This document shows positions 22,553 through 34,330 of a DNA stretch of 64,000 bases, in pieces (the stretch's first letter is position 1; each line of letters starts with the position of its first letter). Under the pieces are notes generated by a model. That model saw only the letters and a program-made list of their open reading frames with translations, ran no database searches and was not told the origin of the DNA. The stretch is from Macrostomum hystrix. Lineage: Eukaryota > Animalia > Platyhelminthes. The position numbers and the translations under genes are program-made. The stretch spans positions 4,898,001 to 4,962,000 of the forward strand of contig CATNEN010000038.1 in assembly GCA_950097015.1 (NCBI GenBank). Direction: 5' to 3'.

Positions 22553-23383
22553 GAAAGTACAGGTTTCATATAAAAAACCACACCTTACTTGTCTAAAACT
22601 GATTTCATTCACTGTCTTATTCGCATAATGTTCGATGATTTATGATTTAAGATTTATGTTTGATTAGTTCCCTCGAGGTGTTTTATTACATTTTAATTTC
22701 TGTTCTTCAGTTTTCTAGACAAGTGACCGATGGCCCTTTCTAGCCAGCCAGTTGATCGATATTGCTGGCCTACGGTTCATAGCCGCACATGTGCAGCTGT
22801 GGACCCATGCTCGAAAATATTTTTTTGTTGGGCGTGCCCACATACTGCGAATCAAGAAAGTGGGAAATGGGCAGATTAATGAATATGGAGAGAAGGCGGA
22901 TCTGAACTATTAAAAGCGAGCAGGCAGCAGTCTCGAATCGGCTTGGCAGGCGATCCACTCAGAGAAAGACAGGAATAAAGGAATGTGGTTGGGATCTGGG
23001 ATTTCTGGACCAGTCTGACAGGACTATAATATCGCTTAATCAACTGGACCTCACAGCGGCTGCTGTTGCAGCGCTTTCGCCTCCAACGTCAGCTCAACTG
23101 CATCACAAATCGAGAGAAAGAGAAGAGAGAGTCTGGTACCGACCTTGTGTTTGCAGGTCCTGCCCCCCTGCCCACAATGTCAATCAGCCCACCCAAGAGC
23201 CAATCGGCTATGGCTTCCTATGCGCCATGGAGGCCGGCTAGCTTGGCAACTATTTACAGTTGAGAGCAGCTGGCCCAGATTCTAGATGAGCTTCAGAGCT
23301 GGGTAACGGGAGACTTTCTCTCGATCCGCTCGCTTTTGTTAACCCACCTCAGCCCCGACTGCTGCATTTTCCAGGCCTGAGAG

Positions 23384-26300
23384 ATGAAGGTGCAGCTGTT
23401 CGACATCACATTCGACGATGCCGAAGTGAATCCGCACGCTGTCTACCGATCCGGCCAGATGGTAAACTTTAGAGTACACCTGAAGCTTCTGGAGCCCGTC
23501 AAGTGCAGAGGTGCGAATTTTGCCTTTGTATGTATACTTTACTTATTTAATTGCAGGGGGGCCTGGGGCACTTGACGCACAAGCGCAGGAACGGCATACC
23601 CCAGGCCGGCGAACTAGGCGGGGGTCGCCCATCGCGCCATCTGGACCCCTGGACTCAGGCACCTCACACACAGCAGCAAGCCAAGCGGGGAATGGGGCGG
23701 CAGCCGGAGTGCCTCTCACCCCAGGCCCGCACACGCGCACAGCAGACCAAACCAGGGGAGGACTTAGATGCCTGAAGGGTAGGGACGAGAGGACCATGCC
23801 ACGCGCGCAGACGGCTGGTGAAACCTCGCCGCTCAGAGCACGCATGGCTGGTGCACACCCGCCCCACCCCCAATACAACGCCTCACACCCGGCCCAACGC
23901 ACAAACACAAACACACACAAGCAGGCATGCAGAAGGCAGGGGTTAAGCTATTTTAAATTAGCTTTGGTTGCACAGAATAAGGTGCATATCCGCAAGTCAC
24001 TATACTTCGCAAACCTCCAACTAAGCCCCCCGAAATAATCGTGACTTGGAGGGAGGAACGAACCAGCGACAATTGGAAAGTGAGGCAGCGACATTAGCCG
24101 CTGACCCACTCACCCCCTTGCTATGTATTTTGTATGTTGCTATTGAGGCAATCTTCTCTATCTATACGCAGGGGGCCGGGGCACTTGTCGCACAAGCGAC
24201 GGAGCGGCACGCCCCCAGACCGTCGACCTAGGCGCTTTTGCGCCCATCGAGCCGCCTCCCCTGAGCAGGCACCACACACAGCAGCACAGACCAGCCGGGG
24301 ATGGCAGGAGGCACCCAGAATAGGCAGCAGTGTCCCCCACCCCAGCCCCACACGCACAGAGCAGACCAAGCCGGGGCGGAAGGCTGATATGAAATCAGTT
24401 CTCAGGGGGGGCCGGGTGATGAGTGTACACTTATCCAATCGCGCTGACGGAAGTCCAGAAAGCGTGCGGCGGTGTACACCCGCCCTCCAGCCACCCCCCG
24501 CAAGGCCTCACGCCCCAGCGCCAACGCACACAGCTCACACAACGCAGAACACGCACACAGAAGGTAGGAGCGAAGCTATTATTTCAAGCTTTGATTTCAC
24601 GAAATATGGTGCACCTCCACCGGTCGCTACTGTCCAAACCCCCCAACAAGTCCCGAAATTAATCGTGACTTAAAGGGTGAATCGAACTAGCGTCCTTTGG
24701 AGTGCGAGGCAGCGACGTTAGCCGCTGACCCACTCGCCCCCTTGCTATTGAGGCTATCTTAGATCAAATATCTGCTGTGATCACCTCTCAAAGACTGGTT
24801 TCATTTTTTATCGAGATGATTTTTATGAATAAAGTCTGGCCAGATGTCATAGTTGCATAAGTGCTAAACCATGCTCCTGTTGTGATCATCTTTGTGAATT
24901 TTCCAGTTCAACAAGTACGTACACTAAACAGCTCCTCAGTTCGTGCTGTTCTCAATTGCCAGTCAGTATGTCCATTGTTCTCTTGATTGTTCTTGGTATT
25001 TTGCCACAGTTTCTGTTGACACAGTGCATTAAACTGTGTTGCTGATTAGTTCTTGGCTGTTGAATTCGTTAACAATTTGTCCCTTTTGATCGCTCAGTAC
25101 TCTCGTTGTTGACGTTCTTAATTGATCGCTTGGTACTCTCGTTGTTGATGGTCTCAATCGATCACTCAGTAGTCTCGTTGTTGACGGTCTCAATCGATCG
25201 CTCAGTACTCTCTCGTTGTTGACGTTCTTAATTGAACGCTCAGTGCTCTCGTTGTTGACAGTCTCATTCGATCGCTCGGTGCGTTCGTTTTTGACTGTTT
25301 CAACCGAGCAATCAGTGGGTTAGTTTTCGAAATTTTAGTAAATGCCTCGCTTGTTTTCTGCAGCTTTCTAGTGGAAATTTCAGTGAGTTTGTTGTTAACC
25401 TTCTAAGTGTGATTATTTGGTACTAAATACCCCACACTGCGCAGCCATCTACGTAAAGTTATTCGGCAACTCGTATGTGCACTGGACCGAGACCAGATCA
25501 ACTGGCTCAGGAAACAACCAACGAACGGAAACTGTTTCCTACACCTCCGAGGAGGTTTACCTCGACCAGAAGGTGGCCATTTTTTGTGAGTTCCAATTTT
25601 ATTTGAGGACCTGTCTTGCAGTTTGCGACCATGAGCGTCAGTGAAGTCTAAGAAAGGAACAAAAGTTGACTAAATCTGCTCCATCGCAGCGCCGCCAAGT
25701 CAAGGCCCAGGAGCTGATCATCATCCTGCCGGAGACTTCATCTATCCGGTGGCCTTTCAAGTGCCGCCCACCGCGCCTTCCTCCTTCGAGAGCGCCATCG
25801 GCCGCATTCGCTACCAGATCAAGGCCAACATTGACCGGCCCTGGAAGATTGACAATTACACGCAGAAATTCTACACAGTTATTCGCGACTTCGATTTGAA
25901 CATTCGCCTTCCGGAGGAGATCGGGCCATTCAGCACTGACGAGGAGTTCGATGTCAATTGTTGCGGCTGCTTTAAATGCTGTTATGGCAAGGTGCGAGTC
26001 CGCTTGGCCTTGCCCAAGAAGGGATTCGTACCTGGCGAGCAGGTGCACGTCACCGGCGAGATCTCCAACATCAGCAAGACGAACCTGGAGAGCATCAACC
26101 TTGAGATCTATCAGGTTAGCTACTATGACGCAACACAGATGTTTTTGAGGTGGCGGCGGTTAAAGCCTAGTGGTTACAGCATCGGACTCACGACTTGAAG
26201 GTCGGAGGTTCGATTCCTGACTCCACCGGAAAAATTTGTATCCTATTGCACGACACTTAACTCTGCATTTCTTCAGTTCAAACAGCTGTTAAATGGGTAC

Positions 26301-28435
26301 TAGCATCATCTGGGGTAATTAAGGGTGGGTGTGGCATCCCTCTCAGTCCATGGACTGAACAGTCGTACGCAGCTTTCAGATGCGCGGCACAAATGCTGCG
26401 GCTGTGCTGTCGGGTGCACATTAGGGCAGGTGAAATCTAACCATTTTAATTATTACAATTGTAAACGAGGTAGGCCCTAGCCTTAGTGTTTGTAGGGTGT
26501 TTGGCTCTTGCTACTGTGTTTGTGGGGTGGTGGTCTCTAGCATCTGTGTTTGTGGGGTGGTGGTCTCTAGCTCCTGTGTTTGTGGGGTGGTGGTCTCTAG
26601 CTCCTGTGTTTTTGGGGTGGTGGGCTCTAGCTCCTGTGTTTGTGGGGTGGTGATCTCTAGCATCTGTGTTTGTGGGGTGGTGGTCTCTAGCTCCTGTGTT
26701 TGTGGGGTGGTGGTCTCTAGCATCTGTGTTTGTGGGGTGGTGGGCTCTAGCTCCTGTGTTTGTGGGATGGTGGTCTCTAGCTCCTGTGTGTTTGTGGGGT
26801 GGTGTGGTGGGCTCTAGCTCCTGTGTGTTTGTGTGGTGGTGGGCTCTAGCTCCTGTGTTTTTGTTGGGTGGTGGGCTCTAGTATCTGTGTTTGTGGGGTG
26901 GTGGGCTCTAGCTCCTGTGTTTGTGGGGTGGTGATCTCTAGCATCTGTGTTTGTGGGGTGTTGGTCTCGATCCCATGATTTTGTGTTGGTGGGCTTTAGC
27001 ACCTATGCTTTTGCCTAAGTGGGCTTCATGGTTCTGCGCAGCGAGAACTCGAAAAGTGTAAAAGTAGAATTTTATACAATTTATCGTGACCAATTTCCAG
27101 CACTGTGTCTACATCACGCCAGGCAAGAACAGGACAGTGTGCCGGGTGGCCTCTGAAATTAATCTGCCAGGCCTTGAGCAGGGTCAGACCATGCAGCTGA
27201 ATCACCTGCTACCTGTAAATCCGGTGCCTTGCTCTCACATTGAGGGCTGCAACAATATTCGAGTGCATTATTACTTCCGGGTGAGCGTTGCTGACGGCCT
27301 TCTATGCATCTGTGCGGCTTTCTGAATTTCTATATTTTTAGTCTCCTTCCAGAACAGTCTGTGGTCTGTTCTCGGACCAGTCTGTGGTCTCCTTCCGGAC
27401 CAGTCTATGGTCTCTTTCCGGACCAGTCTATGGTCTCTTTCCGGACCAGTCTGTGGTCTCTTTTCCGGAACAGTCTGTTGTCTCTTTCCGGACCAGTCTA
27501 TGGTCTCTTTCCGGACCAGTCTGTGGTCTCTTTCCGTACCAGTCTGTGGTCTCTTTCCGGACCAGTCTGTGGTCTCTTTCCGGACCAGTCTATGGTCTCT
27601 TTCCGGACCAGTCTGTCGTCTCTTTCCGGACCAGTCTGTGGTCTCTTTCCGGACCAGTCTATGGTCTCTTTCCGGACCAGTCTGTCGTCTCTTTCCGGAC
27701 CAGTCTATGGTCTCTTTCCGGACCAGTCTATGGTCTCTTTTCCGGACCAGTCTGTGGTCTCTTTCCGGACCAGTCTGTGGTCTCTTTCCGGACCAGTCTA
27801 TGGTCTCTTTCCGGACCAGTCTATGGTCTCTTTCCGGACCAGTCTGTGGTCTCTTTCCAGACCAGTCTGTGGTCTCATTCTATATTCAGTTTTCGTTCCA
27901 GTTGCTAGTCGCGTTGTTAACCATTCGGTTTCCTCGCTCTGTACTTTTATCCTAGCTACTAAGCAATCCTGAGCTTAGGCGCTAGCTTACAGGCTTACAT
28001 TCGGTTTTGTGTCCGCTCTTTCAGGTCAATGCCGATGGTGGTTGCTGCCTGTCGGTGACCAAGGAGTGCTGTGAGCTGCTGATCGGCAGTATACCGCTCT
28101 GGTCATCGTTTGCTGCGCCACAATCTGCCTTCATGCCGCCCCTGCCGAACCAGCAGCAGCAGCAGCCATTTGTGCCGCGTATGTCTACGAAGACACACTC
28201 TGTCTCCAATAATTTAGTAGGAGTACCTTGTAAGTTTTCAAGCTTAGCACCTGCTCCCCACTTGATTTCCTCAGCTCCACCCAGCTACGAGGAGTGCATG
28301 TTCGGCCGGGTGCAGATGGACCAGGAGGAAGGCAAGAGCTTCGGCACCCCGGGCCAATGGGCGCCCTGCTACCCCTACTACCCCATGGCCTCCGTCACAC
28401 CGTCGGCTCCTCCACCGCCACCACCGGTTGCTTAG
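23384..28435 (+). CDS. Alpha-arrestin (ARRDC-like) paralogue 1, six exons
   Basis: Exons 23384-23510, 25445-25585, 25690-26114, 27101-27280, 28025-28178 and 28275-28435, all GT-AG and in frame. Arrestin-N motifs (vYrsGq.v, HWTE, EVYLD, PSSFES..G.IRY.IKA.IDRPW); arrestin-C motifs (KGFVPGE, GCNNIRVHY, LLIGSIPL); tail PPPSYEEC and PSAP. Confidence 0.92.
23553..24120 (-). mobile_element. tRNA-derived SINE, family C, copy 1
   Basis: Minus-strand head GGGGGTGAGTGGGTCAGCGG (A box) ... GGTTCGTTCC (B box); ~570-bp GC-rich body alignable with the adjacent copy. Confidence 0.7.
24168..24742 (-). mobile_element. tRNA-derived SINE, family C, copy 2, with target-site duplication
   Basis: Head GGGGGCGAGTGGGTCAGCGG...AGTTCGATTC; flanked by ttgctattgaggcaatctt (24137) and ttgctattgaggctatctt (24742). 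Confidence 0.75.
25085..25300. repeat. ~36-bp degenerate minisatellite
   Basis: Unit gatcgctcagtactctcgttgttgacg.tct.aat, about 6 copies. Confidence 0.8.
26148..26435 (+). mobile_element. tRNA-derived CORE-like SINE, family A
   Basis: A box agcctagtgg and B box GGTTCGATTCC (26207-26217), then tgtatcctattgcacgacacttaactctgcatttcttcagttca..cagctgttaaatggg resembling the CORE domain. Other copies at 34045 and 63281. Confidence 0.8.
26490..27000. repeat. 30-bp intronic minisatellite
   Basis: Unit tgtgtttgtggggtggtggtctctagctcc. Confidence 0.92.
27345..27877. repeat. 23-bp intronic minisatellite
   Basis: Unit ccggaccagtct(g/a)tggtctcttt. Confidence 0.95.
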
Positions 28436-29489
28436 CAACCTGACCGACGAGCTGCGCTGTACTGCTGCCAGCGTGTTTTATTTAATATGTTTTGTCTAAC
28501 TGATTAACTTCATTTTTATCAAAACGAAATGCCCGCTTTGATTCAAATAGATCTAGCTGTGTAAGATTTAATGCGTAACATGTGCGTACAAGAATGTACT
28601 CGGAGATACAAAAGGTATGCACTAAATCATGTAAGAGTTGATTTAGGAATCAACAAGTGCCAATCAGCCCCCATCACAATCGGAAGGCTGCGTTCAGACA
28701 TTTAGTTTATAGACGAAGGGCGCCACACCCACACTTAATTAACCATTGATCATCGAGGTCAACTGAAGAAATGAATATTTAAAGTAAATACTAAAGTAAG
28801 TACAAGTATGTTATAGCCTCATTTACTGATCTTTCTACGGTTGAAATCTAACAAACCATCTGTCAAATCATTGTGAATCATCGTAAATCAAATATTTTCC
28901 TCCACTATACTAAAAATGAAATGGTTGCTTGGTTGTAATTGATTTTCTCCCGAACGGCTCAACCGATTTTCACCATTTCTTCACCAACAGATGCTAAATA
29001 TGGGGACAATTATACACGTATTTTTATTAAGCCTTACTTTATTGCTAAGGGGATTAAATATTCGAAAAACATGATTTTTCAAAGGTCAAACCATCTTGGC
29101 CTATTGAGAATTTTACTCACTGCCACTGAATTAGAATTGCATCGTCAAATTGCGCAACAACCCCTAGCTGATTGAATTTGAAGCCTGCACTCTGGAGACA
29201 AATTGGAAATAAATGTACACAACCAACCGCGAGACTGAGTGTACTCTATTTTCTCACTTCATTGTACAAAGCCAGAACTTTAAGAATTCATTTTATAAGG
29301 CTGATTTTTGCACCCACTAACCAACAGTCGGAATAGCCGATGTGTAGGCACTAGGAATAGGTTAGGCTAGGCTAGGGTTCGATTCTGAACTGCGTCAAAT
29401 CATTTAGACAAATTTTCTGCCAGTAGTGATTGAAGATTATTTGAATTTATTTTTTTCATTTCGTTAATAAAATATCATAAATCATAGCA

Positions 29490-31870
29490 CACCAGAGTTT
29501 GAATCATGGCTGAACAAGAGTTTGAATCATGGCTAAACCAGAGTTTGAATCATGGCAAAAACAGCGTCTGAATCATGGCTAAACCAGAGCTTGAATCATG
29601 GCTAAACCAGAGTTTGAATCATGGCTGAACCAGCGTTTGAATCATGGCTAAACCAGAGTTTGAATGAAGGCTAAACCCGAGTTTGAATCATGGCAAAACC
29701 AGAGTTTGAATCATGGCAAAACCAGAGTTTGAATCATGGCTAAACCAGAGTTTGAATCATGGCTAAAACAGAGTTTAAATCATGGCAAAACCAGAGCTTG
29801 AATCATGGCAAAACCAGCGTTTGAATCATGGCTAAACCAGAGCTTGAATCATGGCTAAACCAGAGCTTGAATCATGGCAAAATCAGAGTTTGAATCATGG
29901 CTAAACCAGAGTTTGAATCATGGCTAAAACAGAGTTTGAATCATGGCAAAACCAGAGCTTGAATCATGGCTAAACCAGCGTTTGAATCATGGCTAAACCA
30001 GAGCTTGAATCATGGCTAAACCAGAGTCTGAATCATGGCTAAACCAGAGTCTGAATCATGGCTAAACCAGCGTCTGAATCATGGCTAAAGCAGAGTTTGA
30101 ATCATGGCTAAACTAGAGTCTGAATCATGGCTAAACCAGAGTTTGAATCATGGCTAAACCAGAGTTTGAATCATGGCTAAACCAGAGTTTGAATCATGGC
30201 TAAAACAGAGTTTAAATCATGGCAAAACCAGAGCTTGAATCATGGCAAAACCAGCGTTTGAATCATGGCTAAACCAGAGCTTGAATCATGGCTAAACCAG
30301 AGCTTGAATCATGGCAAAATCAGAGTTTGAATCATGGCTAAACCAGAGTTTGAATCATGGCTAAACCAGAGTTTGAATCATGGCTAAACCAGAGCTTGAA
30401 TCATGGCTAAACCAGAGTTTAAATCATGGCTAAACCAGAGTTTGAATCATGGCAAAACCCGAGTTTCAATCATGGCTAAAACAGAGTTTGAATCATGGCA
30501 AAACCAGAGCTTGAATCATGGCTAAACCAGCGTTTGAATCATGGCTAAACCAGAGCTTGAATCATGGCTAAACCAGAGTCTGAATCATGGCTAAACCAGA
30601 GTCTGAATCATGGCTAAACCAGCGTCTGAATCATGGCTAAAGCAGAGTTTGAATCATGGCTAAACTAGAGTCTGAATCATGGCTAAACCAGAGTTTGAAT
30701 CATGGCTAAACCAGAGTTTGAATCATGGCTAAACCAGAGTTTGAATCATGGCTAAAAACCAGCGTTTGAATCATAGCCAACAAGAGTTTGAATCTTGGCT
30801 AAACTAGCGTTTGAATCATGGCAAAACCAGAGTTTGAATCATTGCTAAACCAGAGTTTGAATGAAGGCTAAACCCGAGTTTGAATCATGGCAAAACCAGA
30901 GTTTGAATCATGGCAAAACCAGAGTTTGAATCATGGCTAAACCAGAGTTTGAATCATGGCTAAACCAGCGTTTGAATCATGGCAAAACCCGAGTTTCAAT
31001 CATGGCTAAACCAGAGTTTGAATCATGGCTAAACCAGAGTTTGAATCATGGCTAAAACAGAGTTTGAATCATGGCAAAACCAGAGCTTGAATCATGGCAA
31101 AATCAGAGTTTGAATCATGGCTAAACCAGAGTTTGAATCATGGCTAAACCAGAGTTTGAATCATGGCTAAACCAGAGCTTGAATCATGGCTAAACCAGAG
31201 TTTAAATCATGGCTAAACCAGAGTTTGAATCATGGCAAAACCCGAGTTTCAATCATGGCTAAACCAGAGTTTGAATCATGGCTAAACCAGAGTTTGAATC
31301 ATGGCTAAAACAGAGTTTGAATCATGGCAAAACCAGAGCTTGAATCATGGCTAAACCAGCGTTTGAATCATGGCTAAACCAGAGCTTGAATCATGGCTAA
31401 ACCAGAGTCTGAATCATGGCTAAACCAGAGTCTGAATCATGGCTAAACCAGCGTCTGAATCATGGCTAAAGCAGAGTTTGAATCATGGCTAAACTAGAGT
31501 CTGAATCATGGCTAAACCAGAGTTTGAATCATGGCTAAACCAGAGTTTGAATCATGGCTAAAAACCAGCGTTTGAATCATAGCCAACAAGAGTTTGAATC
31601 TTGGCTAAACTAGCGTTTGAATCATGGCAAAACCAGAGTTTGAATCATTGCTAAACCAGAGTTTCAATCATGGCTAACCCAGCGTTTGAATCATGGCTAA
31701 ACCAGAGCTTGAATCATGGCTAAACCAGCGTTTGAATCATGGCTAAACCAGAGCTTGAATCATAGCCAACCAGAGTCTGAATCATGGCAAAACGAGAGTT
31801 TGAATCATAGCCCACCAGGGTTTAAAACAGGGCGAAATCTGAGTTTGAATCTTGGCTTACCCAGCGTTTG
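29490..31870. repeat. 23-bp satellite (about 100 copies)
   Basis: Unit gaatcatggctaaaccagagttt, with duplicated multi-unit variant blocks. Confidence 0.97.
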
Positions 31871-31879
31871 AAAAATCAA

Positions 31880-32982
31880 CGTCAACTGGGGAGTCATCAT
31901 CAAAATGGGGATCATGGTAAACTGTGGGATAATCGTCAACTGGGGGATCATGGTAAACTTGGGGATCATTGTCAACTGGGTGATCATCATCAACTGGGGA
32001 TCATCATCAACTGGGGGATCATCATCAACTGGGGGTTCATTGTCAACTGTGGGATCATTGTCAACCGGCGGGATCATTGTCAACTGGGGGATCATTGTCA
32101 ACTGGGGGATCATTGTCAACTGGGGGGTAATGGTCAACTAGGGGATAATTGTCAACTGGGGAATCATCATCAAATGGGGGATCATGGTCAACTTGGGGAT
32201 CATTGTCAACTGGATGATCATCATAAACTGGGGGATCATTGTCAATTGGGGGAACATTGTCAACTGGACGAACATTGTTAACTGGGGATCATCATCAATG
32301 GGGAGTCATCATCAACTGGGGGATCATTGTGAACTGGAGGATCTTTGTCAACTGGGGGATCATTGTCAACTGGGGGATCATTGTCAACTGGGGGATCATT
32401 GTCAACTGGGAGATCATCATCAACGGGGGGATCATCATCAACTGGGGGATCATTGTCAACTGTGGGATCATTGTCAACGGGCGGGATCATTGTCAACTGG
32501 GGGATCATTGTCAACTGGGGGATCATTGTCAACTGGGAGATCATCATCAACGGGGGGATCATCATCAAATGGGGGATCTTTGTTAACTGGGGGATCATTG
32601 TGAACTGGGGGATCATTGTCAACTGGGGGATCATTGTCAACTGGGGGATCATTGTCAACTGGGGGATCATCATCAACTGGGGGATCATCATCAACTGGGG
32701 GATCATTGTGAACTGGGGGATCATTGTCAACTGGGGGATCATTGTCAACTGTGGGATCATTGTCAACGGGCGGGATCATTGTCAACTGGGGGATCATTGT
32801 CAACTGGGGGATCATTGTCAACTGGGGGATCATTGTAAACTGGGGGATCATCATCAACTGGGGGATCATTGTCAACTGGGGGAACATTGTCAACTGGGGG
32901 TTCATTGTCAACTGGGGGATCATTGTCAACTGGGGGATAATTGTCAACTAGGGGATCATCATCAACTAGGGGATCATTGTTG
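31880..32982. repeat. 18-bp satellite (about 60 copies)
   Basis: Unit caactgggggatcattgt. Confidence 0.96.
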
Positions 32983-33249
32983 CTATAAAAGTCTGTAAAT
33001 TCAGCTGCTAAAAAGTATATACTAGACGAATTAAAAGTATTTCTGCTCCCCGAAGGGGGGCAAAACTTGCTAGTTTATATACTAAAAATGAAAATCCTAA
33101 TTGCTTTTTTGTTTGTATTTTTTTGCATTGACTACCATTTCTCTGCTGCTCCGAGTATAATAATGATTTACATTCGTGCAACCTAAGAAGCAACAATTTT
33201 TCTCTGAAACATACAGATTCGACATCAGGCTTAATAATAGAAAAATATT

Positions 33250-33625
33250 TGCAGGAGGGCTGAGGGCCCTGGCACATCATTTGGTGACTGTAGACCCACG
33301 GTAGACAGCGAGTGGTAGTTCTGCTCATTGCGCTGACTCCTAAACACACACGCCCATAGATACTGTACGCATGCACACTCCCACAGATGTATAAATCTAC
33401 ACTGACATTCTCATCGTCAATCAGTGTAAAATATCACGACATTGCACGACAAGCCCCCAAGCCCCTTTCGGGAACTGATAAACTAATAAAATACCAGTGG
33501 GTTGCCATAGGAACTGATGCATCCTTTGTGAGGAGGCAATTTAGCCTATTCCGCTGACCCTGAGCACGCACAGGGACACAGGCGCTTACGTGTTGACGTC
33601 TGCCCCGACTTTCTGATTATCAGTC
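33250..33625 (-). mobile_element. SINE family B fragments (two partial copies)
   Basis: gcaggagggctg..ggcacatc..gcgctgactcctaaacacacacg and gaggaggcaattt..ccgctgaccctgagcacg blocks. Confidence 0.65.
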
Positions 33626-34044
33626 CTTTTAGCTGTTGATTATACTCAAAATGCTTTTTAATACATGTTCGACGCATGTTTTCCTAGAAATTCGCAATTT
33701 TCTATTTTCTTCCAAAAATTAACAGTTTTGCTATGAATCTGTTTATTGTGTCTGCCTTTGCTAAGCTGTGCCTTCGTCCCCGATCACAGAACGCTATCCT
33801 GTTGAGCGTAAATAAAGTACCTAAGGTATAACCGATTGTGTCAGCAGATAGACAATTTTCTGCTGAATTTTTGAAGATTTCACTCAAGGCAAGATAATTT
33901 GCATAGGCTCCGCAATGCACCTGAAATATGTATTTAAATATATATCTAATTTACTAACCTAACCTTCCGTGTGAGGTAAGTATAAGGTGGGTAGGTATAA
34001 ACTCTCATCTAGCTCTAATAATAGTATAATGATAATAATTGATA

Positions 34045-34330
34045 CACCTGCCCCAATTGGGCCAGATGTGCAGCCGACAGCACAGCCGCAGCTATTGCAC
34101 GGCGCATCTGAAGGCTGCGTACAGCTGTTCAGTCCATGGACAGGGGAGACGCCACACCCACCTTCAATTATTCCAGCTAATGCTGGTACCCATTTAACAG
34201 CTGGGTGAACTGAAGCAATGCAGAGTTAAGTGTCTTGCTAAAGGACACAAATTGTTCCAGTGGAGTCGGGAATCGAACCCCCGACCTTCAAGTCGTGAGT
34301 CCGATGCCCTAACCACTAGACTACAATCTC
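34045..34330 (-). mobile_element. CORE-like SINE family A, near full-length
   Basis: Reverse complement reads tagtctagtggttagggcatcggactcacgacttgaaggtcgggggttcgattcc...tgtgtcctttagcaagacacttaactctgcattgcttcagttcacccagctgttaaatgggtacc. Confidence 0.85.

Larger units (their letters stand above)
28905..33073 (+). mobile_element. Probable non-autonomous Helitron carrying two satellite arrays
   Basis: 5' CTATACTAAAAATGAAA...AACGGCTCAACCGATTTT is typical of invertebrate non-autonomous Helitron heads. 3' hairpin GCTCCCC-GAA-GGGGGGC (33045-33061), 8 nt, then CTAG|T (33070-33074). A second TATACTAAAAATGAAA head follows immediately. Confidence 0.65.

Noticed and set aside
26148-26230. tRNA genes at the A/B-box sites (also 24050-24120, 24670-24742, 34260-34330)
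   Set aside because: No complete cloverleaf, and each continues into a shared repeat body, so these are SINE heads.
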